From NCBI GenBank assembly GCA_035402825.1, contig DAONDZ010000002.1:65854-129853 (forward strand): a stretch of DNA of 64,000 nt, written 5' to 3'. The notes under the pieces were generated by a model. The model was given only the letters and a program-made list of their open reading frames with translations, did no database searches and had not been told where the DNA came from. Shown here one piece after another: positions 28,224 to 38,504 of this stretch. The translations under genes and the position numbers were made by a program. Origin of the DNA: a bacterium. Lineage in GTDB: Bacteria; Patescibacteriota; Patescibacteriia; Patescibacteriales; UBA12465. The number at the start of each line of letters is the position of its first letter. The stretch's first letter is position 1.

Positions 28224-29528
28224 TTATTTAACCTCCACCTTGATTCTATCTACCAAACAAGGTGAACGCTTGATAAACCCTGGATTAAAATATAATTCAA
28301 AACCGTCAATTTCTTTCACGCCGCGCAAATAATTCTCCACTTGCCCCTGAGACAGATTAACTAATTTCCGGCGATCAATGATATTACTCTTAGCCGAAGT
28401 CAATTGACTGGAATAATCTACCTTCACTGAAGCTATGCCGTCCTGAGAATTATAGCCGCTAAAAGAGTACTTAAAGCCGGTTTCATCAATCTGATTGATA
28501 GTTTTCTCCGGAGATAAGTTCTTTTTGAGCTGAGCTTGAACGATAGCCACGATATCCTGACGGTTGAAAGAAATTACATTAACCGTATTTTTGCCTTTAA
28601 GAATGAAAGTATCGCGCTGTTCGCCCAACTTGGCATCCACTAATTCCACTTTCAAGGAAGACAAATTGGAGTCATAGGCGGCCTGATCATAGTTTTCAGC
28701 CGGTCCGTTGTTTTTCTCTACCTGCTCTACTAAAGCCTTGTTAATCTCCTGGCTGGCTTTGTCCACATCAGCCTGGCTGATATACTTTTGAACTTTAGTG
28801 TCATAAGAAAAAGCCTCTTGGCTCTCGGCGTAGATCAGACTCTGTAAATTAGCACGTAGCCCGGGAATAGTAAAGCGAGTCGGCGCAATCGCCATATCTT
28901 CGCCCGGTTTATCGGCATAAACTTCAACCTTAGCCTGAGAATTGGCGGCTACTATCACATTCTTCTTTAAGCGAAATAGCTTATTATCCGCGCTGAGCAA
29001 TCTAGTGGTAGCTACCAAAGTTTGACTTTGGGTATAGTTGTTATAAACCGTCACTTGACCGGCCACGGCGGCTGTTTCCGGTTTTTCACCGGTAGCCGGG
29101 AATTCAGCCTGCCCCTCCACCACTACCGGCAAAATCTGGCCGGCGACAGCTTTTTCAGTCTCGGCGGGCAAGGTACCTAGAGTATAGACATCAACCACCA
29201 CGGAATCACTGACTACTTCCCGACTCGGATGAACCACGATAGTCATTCTCACTAGAGTAAAATAAAGAACCACTAAAACTAAAATGACAGTCAGGATCAA
29301 AAAACGTCTGGCCATCCGACGATACATTCCAAATGATCTGGTCTTGATATTGATCTCCTCAGCCGGAGCTTCCGGATTATTAATCTGACGGGAAATCATT
29401 TGAAAAAACTGACGACGAGAATCAAACTCGTCACCGGGGCGAACTACGCTAGGCAGCTCGGCAGTTGATTTAGAAGCCCGCACTCGGCTAACCGGAGTCT
29501 TGGCTGTTTTTTTAGAAGAGACTGGCAT
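28224..29528 (-). CDS. Hypothetical membrane-anchored protein (434 aa)
   Basis: Basic N-terminus, one TM helix (FLILTVILVLVVLYFTLV) and a large extracytoplasmic beta-rich region. Confidence 0.6.
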   Translation of the reverse strand: MPVSSKKTAKTPVSRVRASKSTAELPSVVRPGDEFDSRRQFFQMISRQINNPEAPAEEINIKTRSFGMYRRMARRFLILTVILVLVVLYFTLVRMTIVVHPSREVVSDSVVVDVYTLGTLPAETEKAVAGQILPVVVEGQAEFPATGEKPETAAVAGQVTVYNNYTQSQTLVATTRLLSADNKLFRLKKNVIVAANSQAKVEVYADKPGEDMAIAPTRFTIPGLRANLQSLIYAESQEAFSYDTKVQKYISQADVDKASQEINKALVEQVEKNNGPAENYDQAAYDSNLSSLKVELVDAKLGEQRDTFILKGKNTVNVISFNRQDIVAIVQAQLKKNLSPEKTINQIDETGFKYSFSGYNSQDGIASVKVDYSSQLTSAKSNIIDRRKLVNLSQGQVENYLRGVKEIDGFELYFNPGFIKRSPCLVDRIKVEVK

Positions 29529-29594
29529 AAAATAAAATTAAAAATGAGTATAAAAAGTCTTACTGTCATTATAACATTTTTTTGCCACAAAAGG

Positions 29595-32500
29595 CTAGAC
29601 TTTAACGCTGAGATTACCATTAAAGCGGCCAGTCAGTTCTTGCAATAAAGCTTCGCCGGGCAATACCCGGAAAGCGGTCTTTAAGAGATGGCCGTCGCCG
29701 CCATTAATTATTTCAAAATAAACCGGACTATCGCCGTTATGTTTTAACAATATTTCCCGCAAATCTCCTAATTCCGCGGCGCTAAACTCTCTTTTAAAAA
29801 TTATTTTTACTTCCGGATTTTCTTTTTTAGGATAAACCACTGCTTGGCCCTCACCGCCTTCCGGTTTTTTACCAAAACGCCATTTGTTGCCTCCTAAGCC
29901 CAATTTGACCTTGAAGCCATCCAAGGCCACCCCTAAATTATCACCCTCCAACAAAACTGCCTTGTCCACCAAGAACTTAATATCCTGATCTTTGTCCGAC
30001 ACTCGGCCGCTAACCAAGACCGGCTTCCCTTCTTGCCAGATGTTAGCCGTTTCTAAAAGCAGTTTGGGGAAAACCAATAATTCCACATTACTGACGGCGT
30101 CTTCAATTTTTACAAACATCATGCTCTGATTATTGCGAGTAATGATTTTTTTGATGGTGGAAATAATACCAGCAGTAGCCACCAGATTTTCTTGACGCTT
30201 ATCCTTAAGATTGCTGATTGGACAAGCGATATCCTTAACCAAGGACTGATAGGCGCCAAAAGGATGTTCGGTAATATAAAGCCCCAGAAGCTCTTTTTCC
30301 CATTGTAATCTTTCTTTATCGGAAATTTCCCGCGCCGGCAGTAGTTTAGGCCGAGTGGATAAATACAGGTCAGGGCTATCGCCGAACAAACTGTTCTGAC
30401 GATTATTCTTGACCTGGCTTTGTTCTTTATTAAAACTCAAAAATAAATCTAAGTTAGCTAAGAGTTGGGGTCGATCGCCGTATCTATCCAAGCCGCCGCT
30501 TTTGATCAAGCTTTCTAAAGATTTTCTATTCAAATCTCGGTCGGTAATTCTTTCCAAGAAATTAAAGACATCAACATAAGCTCCGCTCGCCTTTCGTTCC
30601 CGAATGATTTCATCAGCGATATGTTCTCCCACGTTTTTAATGGCTTTTAATCCAAAACGGATAGTGTTAACCTCTTCGTCTTTTTTAGCCGGCGCATCGC
30701 TTTTAGTGCCGCTGGTTACTACGGTAAAGGAACCGAAAGATTCATTAATGTCCGGGGGCATGATTTGAATATTCATCTTGCGGCACTCATCAATTTCAAT
30801 GGCGATTCGATCAGTGTCGTTCTGGTCGGAACTTAACAGCGCGGCCATAAACTCAGCCGGATAATGAGCTTTGAGATAAGCAGTTTGGTACCCGATTAAA
30901 GCATAGCAAGCGGCATGACTGCGATTAAAACCATAACCGGCGAAAGGCTCGATAAAAGAAAATATTTTCCCCGCTAATTCTAAGTTTAATCCATTATTCA
31001 CACAACCGGCGATAAACTTCTCTTTCTGTTCGGCTAATAAAGCCGGAATCTTTTTGCCCATGGCTTTGCGCAAAGTATCCGCTTCACCGCGAGTAAAGCC
31101 AGCCACTTCTCGAGAGATTTGCATAACCTGCTCTTGGTAAATCGCCACGCCATAAGTCTTTTCTAGAATCGGCTTTAGACTCGGATGCAAATAGGTCATC
31201 TGTTTGTGATGCTTGCCTTCAATATAATTAGGAATCCATTCCATCGGTCCCGGACGATATAAGGCGACCATGGCGATAATATCCTCAAACTCAGTCGGCT
31301 TTAAATCCCGCAAATATTTTTTCATGCCGGAGGATTCAAATTGAAAAACGCCGGTAGTTTCACCCTTCTGGAATAGACGATAGGTTTCGCGATCAGTTAA
31401 AGGAATATCATCAATATTCAACTCCAAACCGCGAGTGTTTTTAATAATCTTCAAAGCCGATTCAATAATGGTTAAATTTTTCAGGCCCAAAAAGTCCATT
31501 TTTAATAATCCTAAATCTTCAATCGGATGCAAAGAATATTGAGAAACGATATTGCGATCTGAAGAAGAAGCGTATTGAATCGGCACATGATCAGTCAAAG
31601 GATTTTTGGTTATGATAACACCGCAAGCATGAACAGAAGCATGGCGAGCCACGCCTTCTAATGTCTTAGCATAATCCAAAACTCTTTTAGCGGCTGGGTC
31701 TTTTCCATAAACCTCTTTCAACTCCGGAACATCGCTAATCGCTTCCGCTAATTTGTAATTCACTGGAATCATCTTGGCCAAACGATCACAAAAATCATAA
31801 GGTTCATTCAATACTCGGCCGACATCGCGCACTGCGGCGCGAGCAGCCATGGTACCAAAAGTAATAATTTGCGAAACATGATCGGCGCCATATTTGCTTT
31901 CCACATAACGGATAACTTCTTCCCGACGAATATCGGCGAAATCCATATCAATATCCGGCATGGAAATACGATCCGGATTTAAGAAACGCTCAAAGAGCAA
32001 ATCGTATTGTAAGGGGTCCAAGTTGGTAATGCCGGTCAGATAACAAACTATGGAACCAGCAGCGCTGCCGCGGCCCGGTCCGACCACTATCTTGTTGTCT
32101 TTAGCCCAATTAACGAAATCAGCTACAATTAAAAAGTATGACGGCCAGCCCATTTTGATGATAATCTCCAATTCATATTCCATCCGTTCTCTAACTTGTT
32201 TTTCATTTTTGATAACTCGGCCATAGCGCTTCACCAAGCCTTCTTCGCATAAATGACGGAGATAAGAATTGCCGTCAAAACCGGCCGGTACCTCAAAATG
32301 AGGCAATTGCACCTTGCCTAATTCCAAATTAACCTGGCAGCGTTCGGCAATTTTTAAAGTATTGGCAATCGCTTCTGGCGTAGCCGAAAAAGCGGCAATC
32401 ATGTCTTCATTGCTACGGAAAGAATAATCTCCGGAACCGATCATCTTCATGCGGTCGGTGTCTTCCAATTTTTTCTTGTTTTGCAAGCACAATAGAATAT

Positions 32501-33155
32501 CCTGAGCCTCTTCGTCTGATTTATTCAAATAATGGACGTCGTTAGTAGCCACCAAGGGCGCACCAGTTTCTTGAGAAAGCTGAATCAAGGCTTGGTTAAC
32601 GGCCGCTTGACCGTCTAGTTCCGGATGATCCATGATTTCCAAAAAGAAATTATCCTTCCCGAAAAGGTCCTGATATTCCTTCACCCTTTCTCTAGCTTTA
32701 TCCATCTTCTGACCCGCCACCAAGCGCGGTATTTCCCCGGCCAAACAAGCTGAACAAGCGATGATGCCTTCATGATATTTAGTTAATATCTCCCAATCAA
32801 TGCGCGGTTTGTAATAATAGCCCTCCAAGTGAGCCAAAGAAACCAATTTGATTAAATTTTGATAGCCTTGATTATTTTCCGCTAAAAGTAATAAGTGAAA
32901 ATTACGAGCGTCCTCTCTGGTATTCTTGTCCAAACGAGAATTCGGCGCCAAATAAGTTTCCACGCCGAGAATCGGCTTGATTCCCGCCTTAGTACATTTT
33001 TCATAAAATTCCACCACGCCATACATAGAACCGTGGTCAGTGATGGCCACGGCAGGCGAACCTTGTTCCTTAGCTTTGGCGATGACATCGTCTATCTTAG
33101 TCAGTCCGTCCAATAAGGAATAGTGGGTATGATTGTGCAAATGCACGAAAGACAT
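29595..33155 (-). CDS. dnaE: DNA polymerase III alpha subunit
   Basis: PHP domain start FVHLHNHTHYSLLDG, polymerase core (GRGSAAGS, MPDIDMDF) and an OB-fold C-terminus. Confidence 0.96.
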   Translation of the reverse strand: MSFVHLHNHTHYSLLDGLTKIDDVIAKAKEQGSPAVAITDHGSMYGVVEFYEKCTKAGIKPILGVETYLAPNSRLDKNTREDARNFHLLLLAENNQGYQNLIKLVSLAHLEGYYYKPRIDWEILTKYHEGIIACSACLAGEIPRLVAGQKMDKARERVKEYQDLFGKDNFFLEIMDHPELDGQAAVNQALIQLSQETGAPLVATNDVHYLNKSDEEAQDILLCLQNKKKLEDTDRMKMIGSGDYSFRSNEDMIAAFSATPEAIANTLKIAERCQVNLELGKVQLPHFEVPAGFDGNSYLRHLCEEGLVKRYGRVIKNEKQVRERMEYELEIIIKMGWPSYFLIVADFVNWAKDNKIVVGPGRGSAAGSIVCYLTGITNLDPLQYDLLFERFLNPDRISMPDIDMDFADIRREEVIRYVESKYGADHVSQIITFGTMAARAAVRDVGRVLNEPYDFCDRLAKMIPVNYKLAEAISDVPELKEVYGKDPAAKRVLDYAKTLEGVARHASVHACGVIITKNPLTDHVPIQYASSSDRNIVSQYSLHPIEDLGLLKMDFLGLKNLTIIESALKIIKNTRGLELNIDDIPLTDRETYRLFQKGETTGVFQFESSGMKKYLRDLKPTEFEDIIAMVALYRPGPMEWIPNYIEGKHHKQMTYLHPSLKPILEKTYGVAIYQEQVMQISREVAGFTRGEADTLRKAMGKKIPALLAEQKEKFIAGCVNNGLNLELAGKIFSFIEPFAGYGFNRSHAACYALIGYQTAYLKAHYPAEFMAALLSSDQNDTDRIAIEIDECRKMNIQIMPPDINESFGSFTVVTSGTKSDAPAKKDEEVNTIRFGLKAIKNVGEHIADEIIRERKASGAYVDVFNFLERITDRDLNRKSLESLIKSGGLDRYGDRPQLLANLDLFLSFNKEQSQVKNNRQNSLFGDSPDLYLSTRPKLLPAREISDKERLQWEKELLGLYITEHPFGAYQSLVKDIACPISNLKDKRQENLVATAGIISTIKKIITRNNQSMMFVKIEDAVSNVELLVFPKLLLETANIWQEGKPVLVSGRVSDKDQDIKFLVDKAVLLEGDNLGVALDGFKVKLGLGGNKWRFGKKPEGGEGQAVVYPKKENPEVKIIFKREFSAAELGDLREILLKHNGDSPVYFEIINGGDGHLLKTAFRVLPGEALLQELTGRFNGNLSVKV

Positions 33156-33158
33156 AGT

Positions 33159-34025
33159 TTAATTGATATGTTTCATAATTTCCTTCAGCTCTTCGTCATC
33201 GGAAAAACCAATGACTACCTGTCCGCCCTTGGCACTTCTCTTGACCAAGGACTTAGCTCCGAATAAAGACTGCAAATGGCGGGAATAAGAATCCTCTTGA
33301 TAATTTTTAGTGGTTTTCTGATTAGGCACCAAGCGCTTGATCAGAGTATCAGTATCAGCCACCGATAAATTTTGATGCAATATTTTCTTAAAGACATTGA
33401 GCTGTTTAGCTTCGGAATCTAGACTCAAAAGATATTTAGCATGAGCTTCGCTGATTTTCTTTTCGGCTAAGCCTTTTTGAATTTCAGCCGGCAAAGACAA
33501 AAGCCGCAAACTATTAGCCACACTAGAACGAGCTTTGCCCACTCTCTGGGCCACTGCCTCTTGAGTTAGGTTAAATTCGTTAAGCAGTTGGTTATAAGCG
33601 ACGGCCGATTCAATCGGATTTAAATTTTCTCTTTGCAAGTTTTCAATCAAAGCTAATTCCAATTTTTTCTGGCTGCCAGCCTCTCGAATAATCACCGGCA
33701 CTTCTTTAAATCCCAAAAGCTTGGCGCTGCGCCAACGTCTTTCGCCGGCAATTAATTCATAGCCATTAGCGCCTTTGGTCACTACCAGCGGCTGGATAAT
33801 ACCATGCTCTTTAATGGAAGCCATTAAATCATTTAAAGCGCCATCGCTAAAATCACGGCGGGGTTGATAAGGATTGGCCTGTATTTGGTCGGGGTGAATA
33901 TAAGTAATCTGGCTTCTCCCGGCCAATTCCAAAGCACTATTGCCGCCCACATTAAAATCAGCATAATCAGTAGCTATCTTTTTAGGAATTAACGAGGATA
34001 AACCTCGGCCCAATCCTTGCGGCAT
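33159..34025 (-). CDS. parB: Chromosome partitioning protein ParB/Spo0J
   Basis: ParB box GIIQPLVV...YELIAGERRWRA-like motif and HTH region. Confidence 0.92.
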   Translation of the reverse strand: MPQGLGRGLSSLIPKKIATDYADFNVGGNSALELAGRSQITYIHPDQIQANPYQPRRDFSDGALNDLMASIKEHGIIQPLVVTKGANGYELIAGERRWRSAKLLGFKEVPVIIREAGSQKKLELALIENLQRENLNPIESAVAYNQLLNEFNLTQEAVAQRVGKARSSVANSLRLLSLPAEIQKGLAEKKISEAHAKYLLSLDSEAKQLNVFKKILHQNLSVADTDTLIKRLVPNQKTTKNYQEDSYSRHLQSLFGAKSLVKRSAKGGQVVIGFSDDEELKEIMKHIN

Positions 34026-34041
34026 AAAATTATAATTAAAA

Positions 34042-34806
34042 TTATTTTTCTAAAGCGATAATTTCTTTGGCTAAACTTTCATAAGCCCGGGCGCCGGATG
34101 ACTTGGGATCATATTGCAAAATGGTTCGGCCATAGCTCGGAGCTTCAGCTAAACGAACGCTGCGCGGAATAACGGAATTGAAGACTCGGTTGGGAAAATA
34201 TTGATGCAATTCATTTTTAACCAATTCCGATAAACGATTGCGGCGGTCATACATGGTAACCACAGCGCCCAATATTCCCAAAGACGGTTTTAAATTATTC
34301 TGGATCAAAAAGATAGTTTCCAATAATTGGCTTAACCCTTCCAGGGCATAATATTCGCTTTGGATAGGAATTAAAATCTGATCGGCAGCCACTAAACTAT
34401 TAATAGTCAACAATCCCAAGGAAGGCGGACCGTCAATGATAATATAATCATAGTCCTGGCGCACCGATTCCAATACTTTCATCAACCGATATTCCCGATC
34501 ATCTAAAGTAATTAGCTCCACTGAAGCGCCAGCCAAGGTTAGAGTGGCCGGGGCTAAATAATAATTATTTTCCAAAGTCCTTTTGATCACTTTATTAATC
34601 TCCACATTGCCGATTAAAGCGTCATAAATACCTTGCTCTAGTTTGCGGTGGTCAATTCCTAGCCCGGAAGTAGCATTAGCTTGAGGATCAACATCCACCA
34701 GCAAGACTTGCTTGCCAGCCGCCGCTAAATAAGCCCCTAGATTAATAGCGGTTGTAGTCTTGCCGACTCCTCCCTTTTGATTGACTACTGAGATGATTTT
34801 TCCCAT
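34042..34806 (-). CDS. parA: Chromosome partitioning ATPase ParA/Soj
   Basis: Deviant Walker A NQKGGVGKTT. Start set to the ATG at 34806. Confidence 0.92.
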   Translation of the reverse strand: MGKIISVVNQKGGVGKTTTAINLGAYLAAAGKQVLLVDVDPQANATSGLGIDHRKLEQGIYDALIGNVEINKVIKRTLENNYYLAPATLTLAGASVELITLDDREYRLMKVLESVRQDYDYIIIDGPPSLGLLTINSLVAADQILIPIQSEYYALEGLSQLLETIFLIQNNLKPSLGILGAVVTMYDRRNRLSELVKNELHQYFPNRVFNSVIPRSVRLAEAPSYGRTILQYDPKSSGARAYESLAKEIIALEK

Positions 34807-34945
34807 TGAATCCAAGCTAAAAAAATAATAAAGCTGAGGTAAAAATATCCTCAAAAAATCACTTCTATTATAGCCTATTTATTTGGCTTTGACAATCAGC
34901 AAAAAATGCCATATACTAGGATTTAGTTTGTTATCCACAAGACTA

Positions 34946-35029
34946 GCCGCGGTGGCGGAATTGGTAGACGCGCACGACTCAAACTCGTGTGGTAGCGATA
35001 CCATGAGGGTTCGATTCCCTCCCGCGGCA
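34946..35029 (+). tRNA. tRNA-Leu (anticodon CAA), CCA not encoded
   Basis: Acceptor GCCGCGG/CCGCGGC + A73; D loop AATTGGTAGA; anticodon stem CACGA/TCGTG with loop CTCAAAC; long variable arm; T arm GAGGG-TTCGATT-CCCTC. Confidence 0.93.
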
Positions 35030-35036
35030 CAAAAAA

Positions 35037-35060
35037 AGACGGTGTAAAAACCGTCTTTTT
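35037..35060. terminator. Bidirectional intrinsic terminator between tRNA-Leu (+) and mnmA (-)
   Basis: AGACGGT-gtaaaa-ACCGTCT flanked by A7 and T5. Confidence 0.75.
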
Positions 35061-35083
35061 GCTTATCTGTCAAGTAGCAAATA

Positions 35084-36160
35084 TTAATTAATAATTCCCC
35101 CGCCTAGAACTTCTTGGCCGCGATAGAAAACTACGCTCTGGCCGGAAGTAATAGCCCGCTGCGGACGAGAAAATACCACTCGATAATTGCCATCTGGCAA
35201 TTTTTTGATTTTTACTTTCTCAGCTGGATGGCGATAACGAATAACCGCGCTCAATGATCCGGTTTTTATCTCCTTATCAATCCAAGTGACTTTTTTGGCA
35301 AGTAATTCTTTCCCGTATAATATGGGGTCGTCAAATTTTTTAACTACATATAAATCCTGTTTTTTGGTATCAAACTTAGCGACATAATAGGGGCCGTTAC
35401 CACCAATTTCTATCCCCCGTCTTTGACCAATGGTATACAAGGGCAAACCCTGATGTTCGCCAATCACCGTACCGTCTAAGAGTTTTATCTTCCCGGGTTT
35501 TAATTTCAAATTTCTTTTCAAGAAATCGTTGTGATGTTTTTCCGGAATAAAACAAATCTCCTGACTTTCTGCTTTTTCCGCTACCGGCAATTTTAATTTT
35601 TTAGCCAAAACCCGAACCTGAGGTTTGGTATAGCCGCCTAGGGGAAAAAGCAAATGAGCTAATTGATCCTGGTGGAAAGTATAGAGAAAATATGATTGAT
35701 CTTTATTTTTATCCTGGCCGCGGGAAAGATGATATTTCTTCCCAATTTTTTTATTTTTAACATAATGTCCGGTAGCGACATAATCAAAATTTAAACCTTG
35801 GGCATATTTTAAAAGCCGGCCGATTTTCACTTCCCGGTTACAAACCACGCAAGGGTTCGGAGTTCGGCCGCATTTATATTCATGCAAGAAATCGCCCACT
35901 ACTTTTAATTTAAACTGGCGGCTGTAATCAAAACTAAACAATGGAATGCCCACCTGGTCAGCCACCTCCTTGGCGTCTTGCATGGCTTTTAGTGAGCAAC
36001 ATTTATTCTCCCCCACTTGCCCGGCATCATGCCAGAAATGCAAAAAGACTCCGGTGACTTGATAGCCCTGAGCTTTTAACAGTGCGGCCGCTACGGCTGA
36101 ATCTACTCCGCCGCTTAAAGCCATTAATACTCTTTTTTTAGCATTTTCTTTCAAACTCAT
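35084..36160 (-). CDS. mnmA: tRNA 2-thiouridine(34) synthase MnmA
   Basis: PP-loop ALSGGVDSAVAA and catalytic Cys contexts (NPCVVCN, EICF). Confidence 0.93.
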   Translation of the reverse strand: MSLKENAKKRVLMALSGGVDSAVAAALLKAQGYQVTGVFLHFWHDAGQVGENKCCSLKAMQDAKEVADQVGIPLFSFDYSRQFKLKVVGDFLHEYKCGRTPNPCVVCNREVKIGRLLKYAQGLNFDYVATGHYVKNKKIGKKYHLSRGQDKNKDQSYFLYTFHQDQLAHLLFPLGGYTKPQVRVLAKKLKLPVAEKAESQEICFIPEKHHNDFLKRNLKLKPGKIKLLDGTVIGEHQGLPLYTIGQRRGIEIGGNGPYYVAKFDTKKQDLYVVKKFDDPILYGKELLAKKVTWIDKEIKTGSLSAVIRYRHPAEKVKIKKLPDGNYRVVFSRPQRAITSGQSVVFYRGQEVLGGGIIN

Positions 36161-36162
36161 AT

Positions 36163-37329
36163 TTATTTATTCAATTTTGTCAGATCGGAAAAAAGCTGGC
36201 GATAGGCAGCGGCGGTTTTTTCCCACTTAAACTCTGCCGCTCTAACCAAACCCTTAGCGATTAAACTTTCTCTTAGCTTCCCGTCGTTTATCACTTCAGC
36301 CAAGGCCGTAGCTAAGCTGCGGACATTATCCGGATCAACCAACACCGCGGCATTGCCCAACACTTCCGGCAGACTGGAAGCGGCGCTGGAGACCACCGGC
36401 GCTCCGCAGGCCATGGCCTCTAAAGGCGGAAAACCAAAACCTTCATAGAAAGAAGGATAGGCAAAAACCCGAGCCAAAGAATATAGAGCCGGCTTATCGG
36501 CTTTTTCAATATAGCCTAAAAAGATAATATCAGACTGATAGGGCGATTTGCGCCAAGTTTTAAATATCTCCTTAATCCGCCAACCGGTAGCGCCGGCAAT
36601 AATTAATTTAGTGTCGCCAATTTTATTTTCTCGGCGCAATTGATTATAGGCGGCAATCAATCCGGCGATATTTTTGCGCGGTTCAATATTGCCTAAATAT
36701 AAAATAAAATTATCCGGCAAATTATATTTAGTCTTCACTAACGATAATTCATTACTATCCGTTATCGGCTTTAACTCCGGATTCAACCCAGCATAAATAA
36801 CTTTAATTTTCTCCGCCGGAAATTTTAAAATTTCAACTATATCAATTTTAGTATGTTCAGAAACGGCTACCAAGCAATCAAATTGTTTCACTAGTTTCTT
36901 GATATTAATCAAACGATGCCAGAGATTTTTGCGGCGGCTAAAAAACTCTGGATAACGCAAAAATGATAAATCATGAATAGTCAGTACTTTTTTAGGGGCG
37001 GCGGAAAGAGACAAAAAATTAATATGCGGCGCCAAAAAAACATCGGTCTGGGCGTTTAATTTTAACACTTGATCAATCTGGGGCCGATGGATGATTTTTT
37101 GCAGAATATAATTAAAAAACTTGTTAGAATATCTGGTGCTAATAACTTTTACCTTCTCGCCGCTAAATTTAGGCAGGCGATCGGATAAATCACGGCCGCA
37201 ATTATAATAAAGAGAATAATGATTCTCTTTGTCTTGAAGCAAAAATTGATTAACTAAGTTGAGAGTATATTCCGACACCCCGCTATAATATTTATCCAGC
37301 AAGGTGCGGATATCGATACCAATAGTCAT
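36163..37329 (-). CDS. Glycosyltransferase family 4 (GT-B, GT1 clan)
   Basis: C-terminal EGFGFPPLEAMACG..V motif. Confidence 0.85.
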   Translation of the reverse strand: MTIGIDIRTLLDKYYSGVSEYTLNLVNQFLLQDKENHYSLYYNCGRDLSDRLPKFSGEKVKVISTRYSNKFFNYILQKIIHRPQIDQVLKLNAQTDVFLAPHINFLSLSAAPKKVLTIHDLSFLRYPEFFSRRKNLWHRLINIKKLVKQFDCLVAVSEHTKIDIVEILKFPAEKIKVIYAGLNPELKPITDSNELSLVKTKYNLPDNFILYLGNIEPRKNIAGLIAAYNQLRRENKIGDTKLIIAGATGWRIKEIFKTWRKSPYQSDIIFLGYIEKADKPALYSLARVFAYPSFYEGFGFPPLEAMACGAPVVSSAASSLPEVLGNAAVLVDPDNVRSLATALAEVINDGKLRESLIAKGLVRAAEFKWEKTAAAYRQLFSDLTKLNK

Positions 37330-37343
37330 AAAGCAAAGGCGTT

Positions 37344-38501
37344 TTAAAACGCCTGATTATTTTCTTTGTATTTAGCTGTCAGCTCTCCGATTAATCCTCG
37401 GAGCCGGTTAGTAAAATTGGTCACCGAGAACTCCTGAGCGTGGTTCCTAATCGCCGCCGAGTCCAAAACAATTTCTCCCGATTTTAATTTTTTATAAAAA
37501 TCAGCCACCGCCACATTAATCGCGGCGCTAGTTTGATCGGCAAAGAAAAATCCAGTCTTCCCTTCCACTATAGTTTCTAAAGCTCCACCGCGGCGATAAG
37601 CTAAAACTGGCCGGCCAGCGGCCATGGCCTCTACGGCAGTAATGCCAAAATCTTCTTCTTGAGGATTAATGAAAGCTAAACAATGACTATATAACTCAGC
37701 TTTTTGTTCGTCAGATACTCGGCCCACAAATTCAATGTTCGGTGATTTTCCGGCAATTTTTTTCAATCTCTTAAGGTCTACTCCATCACCAAATATTTTC
37801 AAATTATAATCTGCTCCCAATTGTTTAAAAGCTTCCACCACAATATCCACGCGCTTGTAAGGAGCTAAACGGCAGCCGATTAGGAAATACGGCTTCTCCT
37901 CTTGAAGCGGATTAATCGCAGCGACCTTAAACTTCTCCACCTCCACCGGAGGATAAATCAAATGGCTGTCTCTTTGATAGTATTTTCTGATTCGTCCTTG
38001 GACGGTTTTGGAGTTAGCGATGAAATAATCCACTCGGTCAGCGGCTAAACGATCCCAAATCCGAATACGATTTAAAACCATAGAGATCATCTTCTTCATC
38101 CATTTATTATACTTCAACTCGTTAATATATTGATGAGTATCACTCCATAGATAGCGGGTGGGAGTATGGCAATAGCAGATATGAGGGGTATGCGGCTGAG
38201 TGATGACGCCTTTGGCGAAAGAGCTAGTATCGGAAATCACCAAATCATAGTCGCGTAAATCAAAAAACTCCACGGCCATGGGCATGAAAGTTAAATACCA
38301 TTGATAATGCCGGACGCCGCCGGGCAAACGTTGAATGACCGAAGTTTCAATGCGGCGATTGGGATAGATTTTAGAAGCGCTTTTTTTGTCGCACAACAAA
38401 GTATAGATAGGAGCTTCGGGGAACATATCAGAAAGCACTCGCAGCACTCTTTCGGCGCCGCCGTCTTGGGCTAGATGATCATGGATTAGAGCTACTTTCA
38501 T
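37344..38501 (-). CDS. Glycosyltransferase family 4 (GT-B)
   Basis: EDFGITAVEAMAAGRPVLA motif. Confidence 0.85.
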   Translation of the reverse strand: MKVALIHDHLAQDGGAERVLRVLSDMFPEAPIYTLLCDKKSASKIYPNRRIETSVIQRLPGGVRHYQWYLTFMPMAVEFFDLRDYDLVISDTSSFAKGVITQPHTPHICYCHTPTRYLWSDTHQYINELKYNKWMKKMISMVLNRIRIWDRLAADRVDYFIANSKTVQGRIRKYYQRDSHLIYPPVEVEKFKVAAINPLQEEKPYFLIGCRLAPYKRVDIVVEAFKQLGADYNLKIFGDGVDLKRLKKIAGKSPNIEFVGRVSDEQKAELYSHCLAFINPQEEDFGITAVEAMAAGRPVLAYRRGGALETIVEGKTGFFFADQTSAAINVAVADFYKKLKSGEIVLDSAAIRNHAQEFSVTNFTNRLRGLIGELTAKYKENNQAF

Positions 38502-38504
38502 AAA

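Noticed and set aside
34879-35073. 64-aa minus-strand ORF
   Set aside because: It overlaps tRNA-Leu(CAA) and the bidirectional terminator, so it is spurious.
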